The position numbers and the translations under genes are program-made. This document shows, piece by piece, positions 1-14,000 of a DNA stretch of 64,000 nucleotides. The stretch is from assembly GCA_965287045.1 (NCBI GenBank), contig OZ336895.1, positions 24,118,001-24,182,000 of the forward strand, read 5' to 3'. This DNA comes from Carcharhinus amblyrhynchos (Eukaryota). The notes under the pieces are model-generated. The model searched no databases. It was given only the letters and a program-made list of their open reading frames with translations, and was not told the DNA's origin. The stretch's first letter is position 1. Each line of letters opens with the position of its first letter.

Positions 1-53
1 TCCCTCCTCCAGATCATTTTAATAATTTAATTTTAATATTTTAATAATGACAG

Positions 54-3000
54 CATCAGAACAGTCGACTGCAAACATTGAGACATCCAGTGCAGCACAA
101 ACCACTACATCAGCCCCTCCCTCAACAAGTACAATTGCATCAACAACTACACTGAGCTCAACAGAAGCATCGACAACTGCAGAAGCATCAATCACAACAT
201 CCATCCCTTCAACAAGCAGTGAGTACACGAGTGCTTTCTTATCAATTTTAACATCTTTGTCCATTCCTTAACTCCAGGTATAGAAACAATTAATTGAATG
301 TATTAAAACAAGCCCTGAGTACAGTAATGTGCAGAGGGGATTTGTTGATCTGAGTTGTGCCTACCTGCCAATTTACATTACTAAATTCCATGTCATGTGA
401 ATCAAGTTGATACTGAGGCAATACATTTTGTGTGTTTTTCCATGCTGTTGGTACCTTCCTAAGACTATCATCTATTTTAATAACAGCAGAAGAATCTTCA
501 GCTGCACCTACTGAGACATCCAAAGCAGCACAAAGCTCAACATCAGCTTCTGTCTCAACAAGTACAACAGCGCCAATAACTACAGTGAGCTCCACTGAAG
601 CATCAACAACTGAAGCAACAACAGGCGCGACATCACCCCCATCAACAAGCGGTGAGCATATCAAAGCATTTTTTGCAGATATTCTATTATCAGTGCTGAA
701 AAACTACAGCAAGTTACAAACACATAAATGATCTGATAATACGAGAGAGTATCCTCTTTTTTCATAGCTGCTTTTACAAGGTGCCATTAGTTATTTGCAC
801 TGTATAATATGACAAGGTGGAGCATCAGCTCATGTTAGGAAGTAGTTTCAGCCATTTTGCATAACTTTTTAAGCCTGTGTTCTATTTTAATTACTGCAGC
901 AACAGAACAGTCAACTACAAGCATACAGACATCCAGTACAGCACAAACCATTACATCAGCTCCACCCTCAAAAAGTGCAATTGCATCAACAACTACGCTG
1001 AGCTCAACAGAAGCATCGACAACTTCAGAAGCATCAATCACAACATCCCTCCCTTCAACAAGTAGTGAGTATCTGAGAGCTCTTTTATCAGTTTTAACAT
1101 CTCTATGCTTTCCTTGAACAAAGTATAGAAACAACTAATTTGACGTATCAAAAGCAAGCCCCAAGAAGATGAGATTTGCTCATTAGAGTTTTCTTAACAT
1201 GCCTGGCTTACAATAAAACAGTAAAGCTTTTACTTTCACTGACTGCAGTCACAAAAGCTCATAACTGAAATTTAATAAAACAATTCAGCATCATGTTTGC
1301 TACACTATTCCGCTAACCATTGTTTCCATTAATTTATGGAAACAATTAATTGAATGCATCAAATGTGAGTCCCACGTAGAGTAATTTGCAGATAAGATTT
1401 GTTCATTCAACTTTTATCAACATGTCTGCCTTACATTATGGTATTAAAGCATTTCCTTCACTGCAGCACAATGGCAACGTATGACTGTGCAATGCCTAGT
1501 AGTAGCATTCTGAACTCTTCCACTGACTGAAATTGCAAATACTGATAATTGAAATTTAATAAAATAATTCAGCATCTTGTTTGCTATGTGTACGCATAGG
1601 ATTAATGATATGTAAAAGAGCATTGGTGCTCTAATGCTGTCACAATTCCAGGCCACTTTATTCTGCTCACTATCCTTCATTGTACATATGCTTAGAGAAA
1701 AAATACAAGATGAATATAAAGTAAAATTATTACAGTATTGAACTACTCTTTTCAATCCTCTCAAGAACAATAAACACTTTATTTAATCCCAACAGCATCA
1801 GAATCGACAGCAAATGCACTGACTTCCACCGCAGCACCAACATCACCGTCAGCACCTACCTCACCAAGTACAATAGCACCAACATCTACAGCAAGCTCCA
1901 CTGAATCATCCACACCTGAAGCAACTACAATAGCAACATCAATCCCTTCAACAAGTGGTGAGTATGAGAGCTCCCCTAGTCAGTTATAGCATTCTGAACA
2001 TTTCCACGGATTGTAATTAGACGAACTTAATGGGATTTAACAATATAAGATAGCAAAATGTTGGCTATATAATTTCAGAGTAGAATAATATGCAAATACC
2101 ATGCTTTGGTATCTGCTTTGCAAGATTACATTACAAAGTTACACTCTCTATCAGATGAAGAATCTGGATTATCAGCTGTAATGTTAGCATGTTGTTTGAG
2201 TGAATTTGTACAATTCTTTAAGCCTGTCACCTATTTTAATAGCTACAGCATCTGAACAGTCGACTGCAAACATACAGACATCCAATACAGCACAAGCCAC
2301 TGTATCAGCTGCTCCCTCAACAAGTACAATTGCATCAACAACTACACTGAGCTCAACAGAAACATCAAAAACTGCAGAAGCATCAATCACAACATCCCTC
2401 CCTTCAACAAGTAGTGAGTATACGAGTGCTCTCTTATCAGGATTAACAACTCTATGCATTCCATTAATTCCAAGTATAGAAACAATTAATTCAACGTGTT
2501 TAAAGCAAGCCCTGACTGGAGTAATGTGCAGACGGGATTTGCTCATTAGAGTTGTTTAACATGCCAAGTTACATTCCTAAATTTCATGTTATATAAAGAA
2601 AATTGATTTTTACGCGAGACATTACATGTGTTTTTCCATGCTGTTTGTAACTTCCTACGACTATCACCTATTTGAATCACAGGAGAAGAATCTTCAGCTG
2701 CAACTACCGAGACATCCACAGCAGCACAAAGCTCAACACCAGCTTCTGTCTCAACAAGTACAATAGTGCAAACAACTACAGTCAGCTCCACTGAAGCATC
2801 AACAACTGAAGCAACAACAGGCACTACACCATCCCCATCAACAAGTGGTGAGTATTTCAAAGCATTCTTGCAGCTATCCCATTCCCAATCCTGAAAAACT
2901 ACTGGGAAGTTAGAAACACATGAAGGATCTGGTGATAAGAGAGTGGTGTCCTGTTTTTTGATACGTACTTTGTGAGATGCTTTCAGTTAGTTGCATGATA

Positions 3001-6000
3001 TCTTCAGACGAGGAAGATGGATTATCAGCTATAATGTTAGATTGTTGTCCAGACGTTTTGTGTCACACTTTCAGTGTGTTATCTATTTTAATAACTACAG
3101 CAACAGAACAAACTACAGGAAGTAAGAAACACATAAAGGATATAATAATATGACAATAGCATCCTGTTTTTTCAAGCTGCTTTGCAAGATGCCATTAGTT
3201 ATTTACACTATAAATCAGCCGAAGATAGTGCATTTCAAGCTAGAATGTTCGCAAGTGGTTTCAGGCACAGGTATCTCCCTTTAAGCCTGTCTTCTATTTT
3301 AATAACTGCAGCAACAGAACAGTCAACTGCAAGCATACAGACATCCAGTGTAGCACAATCCACTACATCACTTCCTCCCTCAACAAGTGCAATTGCATCA
3401 ACAACTACACTGAGCTCGAATGAAGCATCAGCAACTGCAGAATCATCAATCACATCTCTTTCTTCAACAGGTAGTGAGTATACAAGTGCTCTCTCATCAG
3501 TTTTAACATCTTCATGTATTCTAACTCCAAGTATAGAAACAATTAATTGAACATGTCAAAAATAAACCCCACATAGAATGTAGTGCAGATGCGATTTGTT
3601 CATTCGACCTTTCTAAACATTTCTGTCTTACATTACAATGTTAAAGCATTTCATGCCACTGTGCTACAGTGAAATGTATGACTGTGCAATGCCTTGTTGG
3701 AGCATTCTGAATTCTTTCACCAATTGCATATGCAAAAAAGTCATAATTGAAATTTAATAAAATAATTCAGCATCATGTTGACGATGTATATGCATATGCA
3801 CAGGATGAATGATATGTAAAAGAGCACTGGTGCTCTAATGCTTATCCTGCTCTCTATTGTTCATTATACATGGGTTTTGACAAAAATTACAACATACAAA
3901 TGCAGTAAAATCATTAATATATCAGTCCAAATTTTTCATTTCCCACAAAAATGATAAACACTTCATTTAATCACAGCAGCATCAGAATCGACAGCAAATG
4001 CACCGACTTCCACCGCAGCACCAACATCACCATCAGCACCTACCTCACCAAGTACAATAGCACCAACATCGACAGCAAGCTCCACTGAATTACCCACACC
4101 TGAAGCAACAACAATAACAACATCAATCCCTTCAACAAGTGGTGAGTCTGAGCGCCCCCTACTCAGTCATACATTCTGAATTCTGGCACTGACTGCAATT
4201 ATGAAAGCTGAACAAAGATAAGATACAATAATGTTGGCTACCGATATTCAGAGTAGAATAATGTGCAAATACCATGTTTGATACCTGCTTTGCAAGATTA
4301 CTCTTGATAGTTACACTGTATATCAGTCAATAGACTGGATTATCAGCTATAATGTTAGGGTGTCGTTTCAGCATTTTGTTTAACCCTTTAAGCCTGTCAC
4401 CTATTCTGCAGTAACAGAACAGTCAGCTGCAAACATACAGACATCCACTACAGCACAAATCACCACATCAGTTCCTCCCTCAACTAGTACAATTGCCTCA
4501 ACAACTACACTGAGCTCGACAGAAGCATCAATCACAATATCCCTCCCTTCAACAAGCAGTGAGTATACGAATGCTCTTAGTTTTACCATCTCTATGCATT
4601 CCACTAACTCCAGGTATAGAAACAATTAATTGAATATATAAGTAAACACCACATAGAGTAATGCGCGAATGATATTTGTTCATGACACTTTTCTCAACAT
4701 GTTTGCATTACATTACAATTTTAAGGCATTCCCTTCACTGCGGCACAGTGGCAATGTATGACCTTGCAATACCTAGTTGTAGCATTCTGAACTCTTCCAG
4801 CAACCACAATTACAAAAAGTCATAATTGAAATTTAATAAAATAATTCAGCATCATGTTTGCTTTGTGTACGTATATGCACAGGTAAAACGATATGTAAAA
4901 GAGCATTGGTGCTCTTTTGCTGTCACTATTCCAGGCCATTTTATCCTGCTCACTGCCTTTCATTATACATGGGGTTTTGATACAAATTAGAACATTCAAA
5001 TCCAGCAAAATCATTAATATATCGTCCACAATTTTCATTTTCCTCAATACGAATAAACACATTCTTTTTAATTGCAGCGGCATCAGAATCAACAACAAAT
5101 GCACTGACTTCCACCGCAGCATCAACACCACCTTCAGCACCTATCTCACCAAGTACAATAGCACCAACATCTGCAGCAAGCTCCACTGAATCACCCACAC
5201 CTGAAGCAACAACAATAACATCAATCGCTTCAACAAGTGGTGAGTATGAGCGCTCCCTACTCAGTTGTAGCATTCTGAATATTTCCGCTGATTCCAATTA
5301 GGCAACCTTAATCAAATTTAATAAAATAAGATATCATAATGTTGGCTACATGTATTCAGAGTAGAATAATGTGTAAATGCCATGTTACATTACATTAGAT
5401 TGTTACACTGCACATCAAACGAAGAATCTGGATTACTAGCTATAAAGTTAGCGTGTTGTTTGAGTTAATTTATACAAGCCTTTAAGCCTGTCACCTATGT
5501 TAATAACTACAGCATCAGAACCGTCGACTGCAAACATTGAGACATCCAATACAGCACAAACCACTAAATCAGCTCCTCCCTCAACAAGTACAATTGCATC
5601 AACAACTACACTGATCTCAACAGAAGCATCGACAACTGCAGAAGCATCAATCGCAACATCCCTCCCTTCAACAAGTAGTGAGTATACGAGTGCTCTCTGA
5701 TCAGTTTTAACATCTCGATGCGTTCCTTGAACTAAGTATTGAAACAGCTAATTCAGTGTATCAAAGGCAAGCACCCAGGAGATGAAATTTGCCCATTCCA
5801 GTTTTCTTAACATGCCTGGCTTACAACAAAATAGTAAAGCTTTTACTTCCACCGACTGCAGTTACAAAAGCTCATAATTGAAGTTTAATAATATAATGCA
5901 GCATCATGTTGGCTGCATGTACGCACAGGATTAATGATATGTAAAAGAACATTGGTGCTCTATTCCTATCACAATTCCAGGACATTTTATCCTGCTCTCT

Positions 6001-8053
6001 GTCATTTATTATACATGGGGTTTTGAGAAAAATTACAACACAAATATGAAGTCAAATCATTGTAATAATTGTCTAGCCTTTTCAATCTCCTCAATAACAA
6101 TGAACACTTTATTTAATCCCAACAGCATCAGAATCGACAGCAAATGCACCGACTTCCACCGCAGCATCAACATCACCATCAGCACCTACCTCACGAAGTA
6201 CAATAGCACCAACATCTACAGCAAGCTCCACTGAATCACCCACACCTGAAGCACCAATAATAACAACATCAATCCCTTCAACAAGTGGTGAGTATGAGTG
6301 CTCCCTACTCAGTTGTAACATTCTGAACACTTCCACAGATTACAATTAGAGCAACTTAATGAAATTTAAAAAAAATAATATATTCAGAGTAGAATAATGT
6401 GTAAATGCCATATATTGTTACTTGCTTCGCAAGATTACATTGGATAGTTACACTGTATATTAGACAAAGAATGCATGTTATCAGGTATAATGTTTGGCAT
6501 TATGTCATTTCTGTCATTTTGTGTAACTCTTTATGCCTGTCATTTTACTAACTGCAGCATCAGAACAGTCAGCTGCAAACATACAGACATCCAATGCAGC
6601 ACAAACCACTACATCAGCTGCTGCCTCAACAAGTACAATTGCATCAACAACTACACAGAGCTCAACAGAAGCATCAACAACTGCAGAAGCATCAATCACA
6701 ACATCGCTCCCTTCAACAAGTAGTGAGTATATGAATGCCATCTTATCAATTTTAACATCTCTATTCAATCTGTTAGCTCCAAGTGTCGAAACAACTAGTT
6801 CAACGTAACAAAATTAATTACCAAGTAGAATAATGTGCAGATGAGATTTGCTCATTTGACTTTTCTTAACATGCCTGGTTTACATTACAATATTAAAGCT
6901 TTCACTGCGACACGATGTCAATGTATGAGTGCACATTACCTAATTGTAGCATTCTGAACTCTTGCACTGAGTGCAATTAGGAACACATAATCAAAATGAA
7001 CAAAATAATACAGCATAATGTTGGATACAAATATTCAAAGTAGAATAATTTACAAGTGCCAGGCTTTGATAACTGTTTGCAAAATTACATTAGGTAGTTT
7101 CACTGTACATCAGATGACGAAGCTGGATTATCAGATATGAAGTTAGCACGTTGTTTCAGTCATTTTGCAGCCGTCTTTAAGCCTGTCACCTATTCTAATA
7201 ACTACAGCAACAGAACAGTCGACTGCAAACATTGAGCCATTCAGTACAACACAAACCACAATAGCAGCTTCTCCCTCAACAAGTACAATTGCATTGACAA
7301 CTACACTGAGTTCGACAGAAGCATCGACAACTGCAGAAGCATCAATCACAACGTCCATCCCTTCAACAAGTAGTGAGTATACGAGGGCTCTCTTATCAGT
7401 CTTAACATTTCTATTCATTCCATTAACTCCAGGTATAGAAACAATTAATTGAATATAACAAGGAAGCAACAAGTAGAATAATGTGCAGATGAAATTTGCT
7501 CATTAGAGTTTTCTTAACATGACTTCCGTACATTAAAATAATAAAAATTTTACTTCACTGCGGCGCAGTGGCAATGTGTGAGTGCTCGCTACATATTTGT
7601 AGCAGTCTGAATTTTTCCACCGACTGCAACTATAAACACTCAGAATTGAAGTTTCATAAAATAATTCAGCATCATGTTTGCTATGCATTTGTATTATCAT
7701 AGGATTAATGATATGTAAAAGAGCTCTAAAGCTGTCACAATTCCAGGACATTTTATCCTGCTTACTATCATTCATTATACATGGGGTTTTGACAAACACT
7801 ACAACACAAATATGAAGTGAAATCATTGATATGCTGGTCAATCCTTTTCATGTCCCTCATTAACAATAAATATTGTTTTTAATCACAGCAGCGTCAGAAT
7901 CGACAGCAAATGAACTGACCTCCACCGCAGCACCAACATCACCATCAGCACCTACCTCACCAAGTACAATAGCACCAACATCTACAGCAAGCTCCACTGA
8001 GTCATCCACACCTGAAGCAACGACAATAACAACATCAATCCCTTCAACAAGTG
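54..8053 (+). CDS. PTS mucin cassette exons 1-15 (order A B A C A B A C A C A C A A C)
   Basis: Exons 54-218, 487-651, 900-1064, 1796-1957, 2249-2413, 2683-2847, 3312-3473, 3977-4141, 4412-4558, 5078-5239, 5513-5677, 6126-6287, 6558-6722, 7208-7372, 7889-8053. Each follows an AG and ends at R|GTGAG; lengths 147-165 nt, all multiples of 3, phase 1-1. Confidence 0.85.
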
Positions 8054-11000
8054 GTGAGTATGAGTGTTTCTTACTCAATTATAGCATTCTGAACATTTCC
8101 ACTGACTGCAATAAGACAAACTTAATGAAATTTAACAAAATAAGATGTCATAATGTTGGTTACATGTATTCAGAGTAGAATAATGTGCAAATGCCATGCT
8201 TTGATACCCGCTTTGTAAGATTACATTAGATCTTTACACTGCACATCAGATGAAGTGTCTGGATTAACAGCTATAATGTCTGCATGTTCTTTGAGTTAAT
8301 TTGAACAAGTCTTTAAGTCTGTCACCTATTTTAATAATTACAGCATCAGAACAGTCGACTGCAAACACTGAGACATCCAATACAGCACAAACCACTACAT
8401 CAGCTCTTCCCTCAACAAGTACAATTGCATCAACAACTACACTGAGCTCAACAGAAGCATCGACAACTGCAGAAGCATCAATCACAACATCCCTCCCTTC
8501 AACAAGCAGTGAGTACACGAGTGCTTTCTTATCAATTTTAACATCTTTGTGCATTCCTTAACTCCAGGTATAGAAACAATTAACTGAATGTATTAAAACA
8601 AGCCCCGAGTACAGTAATGTGCAGAGGGGATTTGCTGATCTGAGTTGTGCCTATATGCCAATTTACATTACTAAATTCCATGTCATGTGAATCAAGTTGA
8701 CACTTAGGGAATACATTTTGTGTGTTTTTCCATGCTGTTGGTACCTTCCTAAGACTATCATCTATTTTAATAACAGCAGAAGAATCTTCAGCTGCAACTA
8801 CTGAGACATCCAAAGCAGCACAAAGCTCAACATCAGCTTCTGTCTCAACAAGTACAATAGCGCAAACAACGACAGCGAGCTCCACTGAAGCATCAACAAC
8901 TGAAGCAACAACAGGCACTACACCACCCCCATCAACAAGTGGTGAGCATATCAAAGCATTCTTTGCAGATATTCTATTCTCAGTCCTGACAAACTACAGC
9001 AAGTTACAAACACGTAAATGATCTGATAATACGAGAGTAGTATCCTCTTTTTTCATAGCTGCTTTTACAAGGTGCCATTAGTAATTTGCACTGTATAATA
9101 TGACAAGGAAGGTGGAGCATCAGCTCATGTTAGGAAGTAGTTTCAGCCATTTTGCATAACTTTTTAAGCCTGTGTTCTATTTTAATTACTGCAGCAACAG
9201 AACAGTCAACTACAAGCGTACAGACATCCAGTGCAGTACAAACCATTACATCAGCTCCACCCTCAACAAGTGCAATTGCATCAACAACTACGCTGAGCTC
9301 AACAGAAGCATCGAGAACTGCAGAAGCATCAATCACAACATCCCTCCCTTCAACAAGTAGTGAGTATATGAGAGCTCTTTTATCAGTTTTAACACCTCTA
9401 TGCTTTCCTTGAACAAAGTATAGAAACAACTAATTTGACGTATCCCAAGCAAGCCCCAAGAAGATGAGATTTGCTCATTAGAGTTTTCTTAACATGCCTG
9501 GCTTACAATAAAACAGTAAAGCTTTTACTTTCACTGACTGCAGTCACAAAAGCTCATAATTGAAATTTAATAAAACAATTCAGCATCATGATTGCTACAC
9601 TATTCTGCTAACCCAGGTATGGAAACAATTAACTGAATGCATCAAATGTGAGTCCCACATAGAGTAATTTGCAGATAACATTTGTTCATTCAACTTTTAT
9701 CAACATGTCTGCCTCACATTATAATATTAAAACATTTCCTTCACTGCAGCACAATGGCAACCTAAGACTGTGCAATGCCTAGTAGTAGCATTCTGAACTC
9801 TTCCACTGATTGAAATTGCAAATACTGATAATTGAAATTTCATAAAATAATTCAGCATCATGTTTGCTATGTGTACGCATAGGATTAATGATATGTAAAA
9901 GAGCATTGGTGCTCTAATGCTGTCACAATTCCAGGCCATTTTATTCTGCTCACTATCCTTCATTGTACATATGCTTTGAGAAAAATTACAAGATGAATAT
10001 AAAGTAAAATTATTACAGTATTGAACTACTCTTTTCAATCCTCTCAAGAACAATAAACACTTTATTTAATCACAACAGCATCAGAATCAACAGCAAATGC
10101 ACTAACTTCCACCGTAGCACCAACATCACCATCAGCACCTACCTCACCAAGTACAATAGCACCAACATCTATAGCAAGCTCCACTGAATCATCCACACTT
10201 GAAGCAACGACAATAACAACATCAATCCCTTCAACAAGTGGTGAGTATGAGAGCTCCCTACTCAGTTGTAGCATTCTGAACATTTCCACGGATTGTAATC
10301 AGACAAACTTAATGGGATTTAACAATATAAGATAGCACAATGTTGGCTATATATTTTCAGAGTAGAATAATATGCAAATACCATGCTTTGGAATCTGCTT
10401 TGCAAGATTACATTACAAAGTTACACTCTCTATCAGGTGAAGAATCTGGATTATCAACTGTAATGTTAGCATGTTGTTTGAGTGAATTATTACAATTCTT
10501 TAAGCCTGTCACCTATTTTAATAGCTACAGCATCTGAACAGTTGACTGCAAACATACAGACATCCAGTCCAGCACAAACCACTATATCAGTTGCTCCCCC
10601 AACAAGTACAATTGCATCAACAACTACACTGAGCTCAACAGAAACATCAAAAACTGCAGAAGCATCAATCACAACATTCCTCCCTTCAACAAGTAGTGAG
10701 TATACGAGTGCTCTCTTATCAGGTTTAACAACTCTATGCATTCCATTAATTCGAAGTATAGAAACAAATTGAATGTGTTAAAAGCAAGCCCCGACTAGAG
10801 TAACGTGCAGACGGGATTTGCTCATTAGAGTTGTTTAACATACCAAGTTACATTGCTGAATTTCATGTTATATAAAGAAAATTGATTTTTACACGAGACA
10901 TTACATGTGTTTTTCCATGCTGTTTGTAACTTCCTATGACTATCACCTATTTTAATCACAGGAGAAGAGTCTTTAGCTGCAACTACCGAGACATCCACAG

Positions 11001-14000
11001 CAGCACAAAGCTCAACACCAGCTTCTGTCTCAACAAGTACAATGGCGCAAACAACTACAGTGAGCTCCACTGAAGCATCAACAACTGAAGCAACAACAGG
11101 CACTACACCACTCCCATCAACAAGTGGTGAGTATATCAAAGCCTTCTTTGCAGCTATTCCATTCCAAATCCTGAAAAACTACTGGAAGTTAGAAACACAT
11201 GAAGGATCTGATAATAAGAGAGTGTTATCCTGTTTTTTGATACCTACTTTTCAAGATACTTTCAGTTCGTGGCATTGTATCTTCAGACAAGGAAGATGGA
11301 TTATCAGCTTTAACGTTAGAATGTTGTCCAGACGTTTTGTGTCACACTTTCAGCGTGTTATCTATTTTAATAACTACAGCAACAGAACAATCGACTGCAA
11401 ACATTGAGACATCCAGTGCAGCCCAAACCACTATATCAGCTATTTCCTCAACAAGTACAATTGCATCAACAACTACACTGAGCTCAACAGAAGCATCGGC
11501 AACTGCAAAAGCATCAATCACAACGTCTATCCCTTCAACAAGTAGTGAGTATACGAGTGCTCTCTTATCAGTTTTAACATCTCTGTGCATTCCTGTTTAC
11601 TCCAGGTATATAAACAATTAATTGAATGTATTAAAAATAGAGTAATGTGCAGATGAGATTTCATCCATGGAGTTGTTCTAACATGCCAAGTTACATTACT
11701 AATTTCCACATTATGTAAGGTTGCTTTTTATGTGCGACATTGTGAGTATTTTTCTATGTTCTTTGTAAATTCCTAAGACTATCATCTATTTTAATAACAG
11801 CAGAAGAATCTTTAACTGCAACTACTGAGGCATCCACAGCAGCACAAAGCTCAACATCAGCTTCTGTCCCAACAAGTCCAATAGCGCAAACAACTACAAT
11901 GAGCTCCACTGAAGCAACAATAGGCACCACACCACTCCCATCAACAAGTGGTGAGTCTATCAAAACATTCTTTGCAATTATTCGATTCTCAGTCCTGAAA
12001 AATTACTGGTTGTTAGAAACAAATTAAGGACATGTGAAAATACTACAGTAGTATGCTGTTGGTTCCAGTTAAACATGGTCTTGCAGTCCTTTCTCAATGT
12101 TGTTTATCTTCAGTAGCAAAAGACCATGTTAACTAACTCAAAATGCACATGATCAATGAATATTAACAATATATAATTCACAAATGATGATATGTTATCA
12201 ATGCTCCCTGTATCACAGGATAAAAACATTGCCTGTTTTGACAATAGTGGCAGAAACATCAACTTCAGTCCTGAAAAAACTATAGGAAGTAAGAAACACA
12301 TAAAGGACATAATAAAACGACTATAGCATCCTGTTTTTTCATTCCTGCTTTGCAAGATGCCAATAGTTATTTACACTGTACATAAGCAGAAGAAAGTACA
12401 TTTTAAGTGAGAATGTTTGAATGTGGTTTCAGGCACAGGTATCCCTCTTTAAACCTGTCACCTATTTTAATAATTGCAGTAGCGGAACAGTCGACTGCAA
12501 ACATACAGACATCCAGTACAGCACAAACCACGACATCAGCTCTTGCTTCAACAAGTGCAATTGTATCAACAACTACACTGAGCTCAACAGAAGCATCGAC
12601 AACTGCAGGAGCATCAATCACAACATCCCTCCCTTCAACAAGTAGTGAGTGTTCGAGTGCTCTGTCATGAGTGTTAACATCTTTATGCATTCCACTAACT
12701 CCAAGTATAGAAACAATTAACTGAAGAGGTCAAAAGTAAGCCCCACGTAATGTGCAGATGATATTGGTTCATTCAGCTTTTTTCAACATGTCATCCTTAT
12801 ATTACAATCTTAAAGCATTTCGTTCACTGTGGCACAGTGGCATTGTATGACTGTGCAATGCCAAGTAGTAGCATTTTGAACTCTTCCACCAACTGCAACT
12901 ACAGAAACTCATAATTGAAATTTAATAAAATAATTCAGCATCATGTTTGCTATGTGTGCGCACAGGATTAATGATATATAAAAGAGCATTGGTGATCTAA
13001 TGCTGTCACAATCCCAGGCCATTTTATCCTGCTCGCTCTAAAGCTTTATATATGAGTTTTGACAAAAAATACAACGCAAATATGAAGTAAAATCATTAAT
13101 ATACTGATTTCCTTTTATATACTTTTCAATTCTATCAATAATAATAAACAATTTATTTAATCACAGCAGCATCAGAATCAACAGCAAATGCAGCAACTTC
13201 CACCGCAGCACCAACATCACCATCAGCACCTACCTCACCAAGTACAATAGCACCAACATCGACAGCAAGCTCCACTGAATCACCCACACCTGAAGCAACA
13301 ACAATAACAACATCAATCCCTTCAACAAGTGGTGAGTCTGAGCACTCCCGACTCAATTGGAGAATTCTAAACTCTTGCACTGAGTGCAATTGGAAAAACT
13401 TAATGAAATTTAACAAAATACTATAGTCCGAATAGTCCAAAGAAGTGCGGGTTAGGTTGATTGGCCATGCTAAGAAATTACCCCTTAGCATCCAGGAATG
13501 TGTAGGTTAGAGGGATTCGTGGGTATAATATGTAGGGATGTGGGGATAGGGCCTGGTTGGGATTGTGTTTGGTGCAGACTCAAAAGGCCAAACAGCCTCT
13601 TTCTGCACTGTAGGGTTCTATGATTCTATGATTCATAATTTTGGCTATATATATTCAGAGTAGAATAATGAGCAAATGCCATGCTTTAATATCTGCTTTG
13701 CAAGATTACATTAGATAGTTACACTGTATTTCAGACAAAGAGCCTGGACAATTAGCTATAATGTGAGCATATTGTTTCAGGCATGCTTTTTGACTCTTTA
13801 AGCTTGTTACCTTTTTTAATAACTACAGCAATAGAACAGCCAACTGCAAACATTGAGACGTCCAGTACAACACAAACCACTCCTCCCTCAACAAGTACAA
13901 TTACATCAACAACTACACTGAGCTCAACAGAAGCATCAACAACTGCAGAAGCATCAATCATAACATCCCTCCCTTCAACAAGTAGTGAGTATATGAGCGC

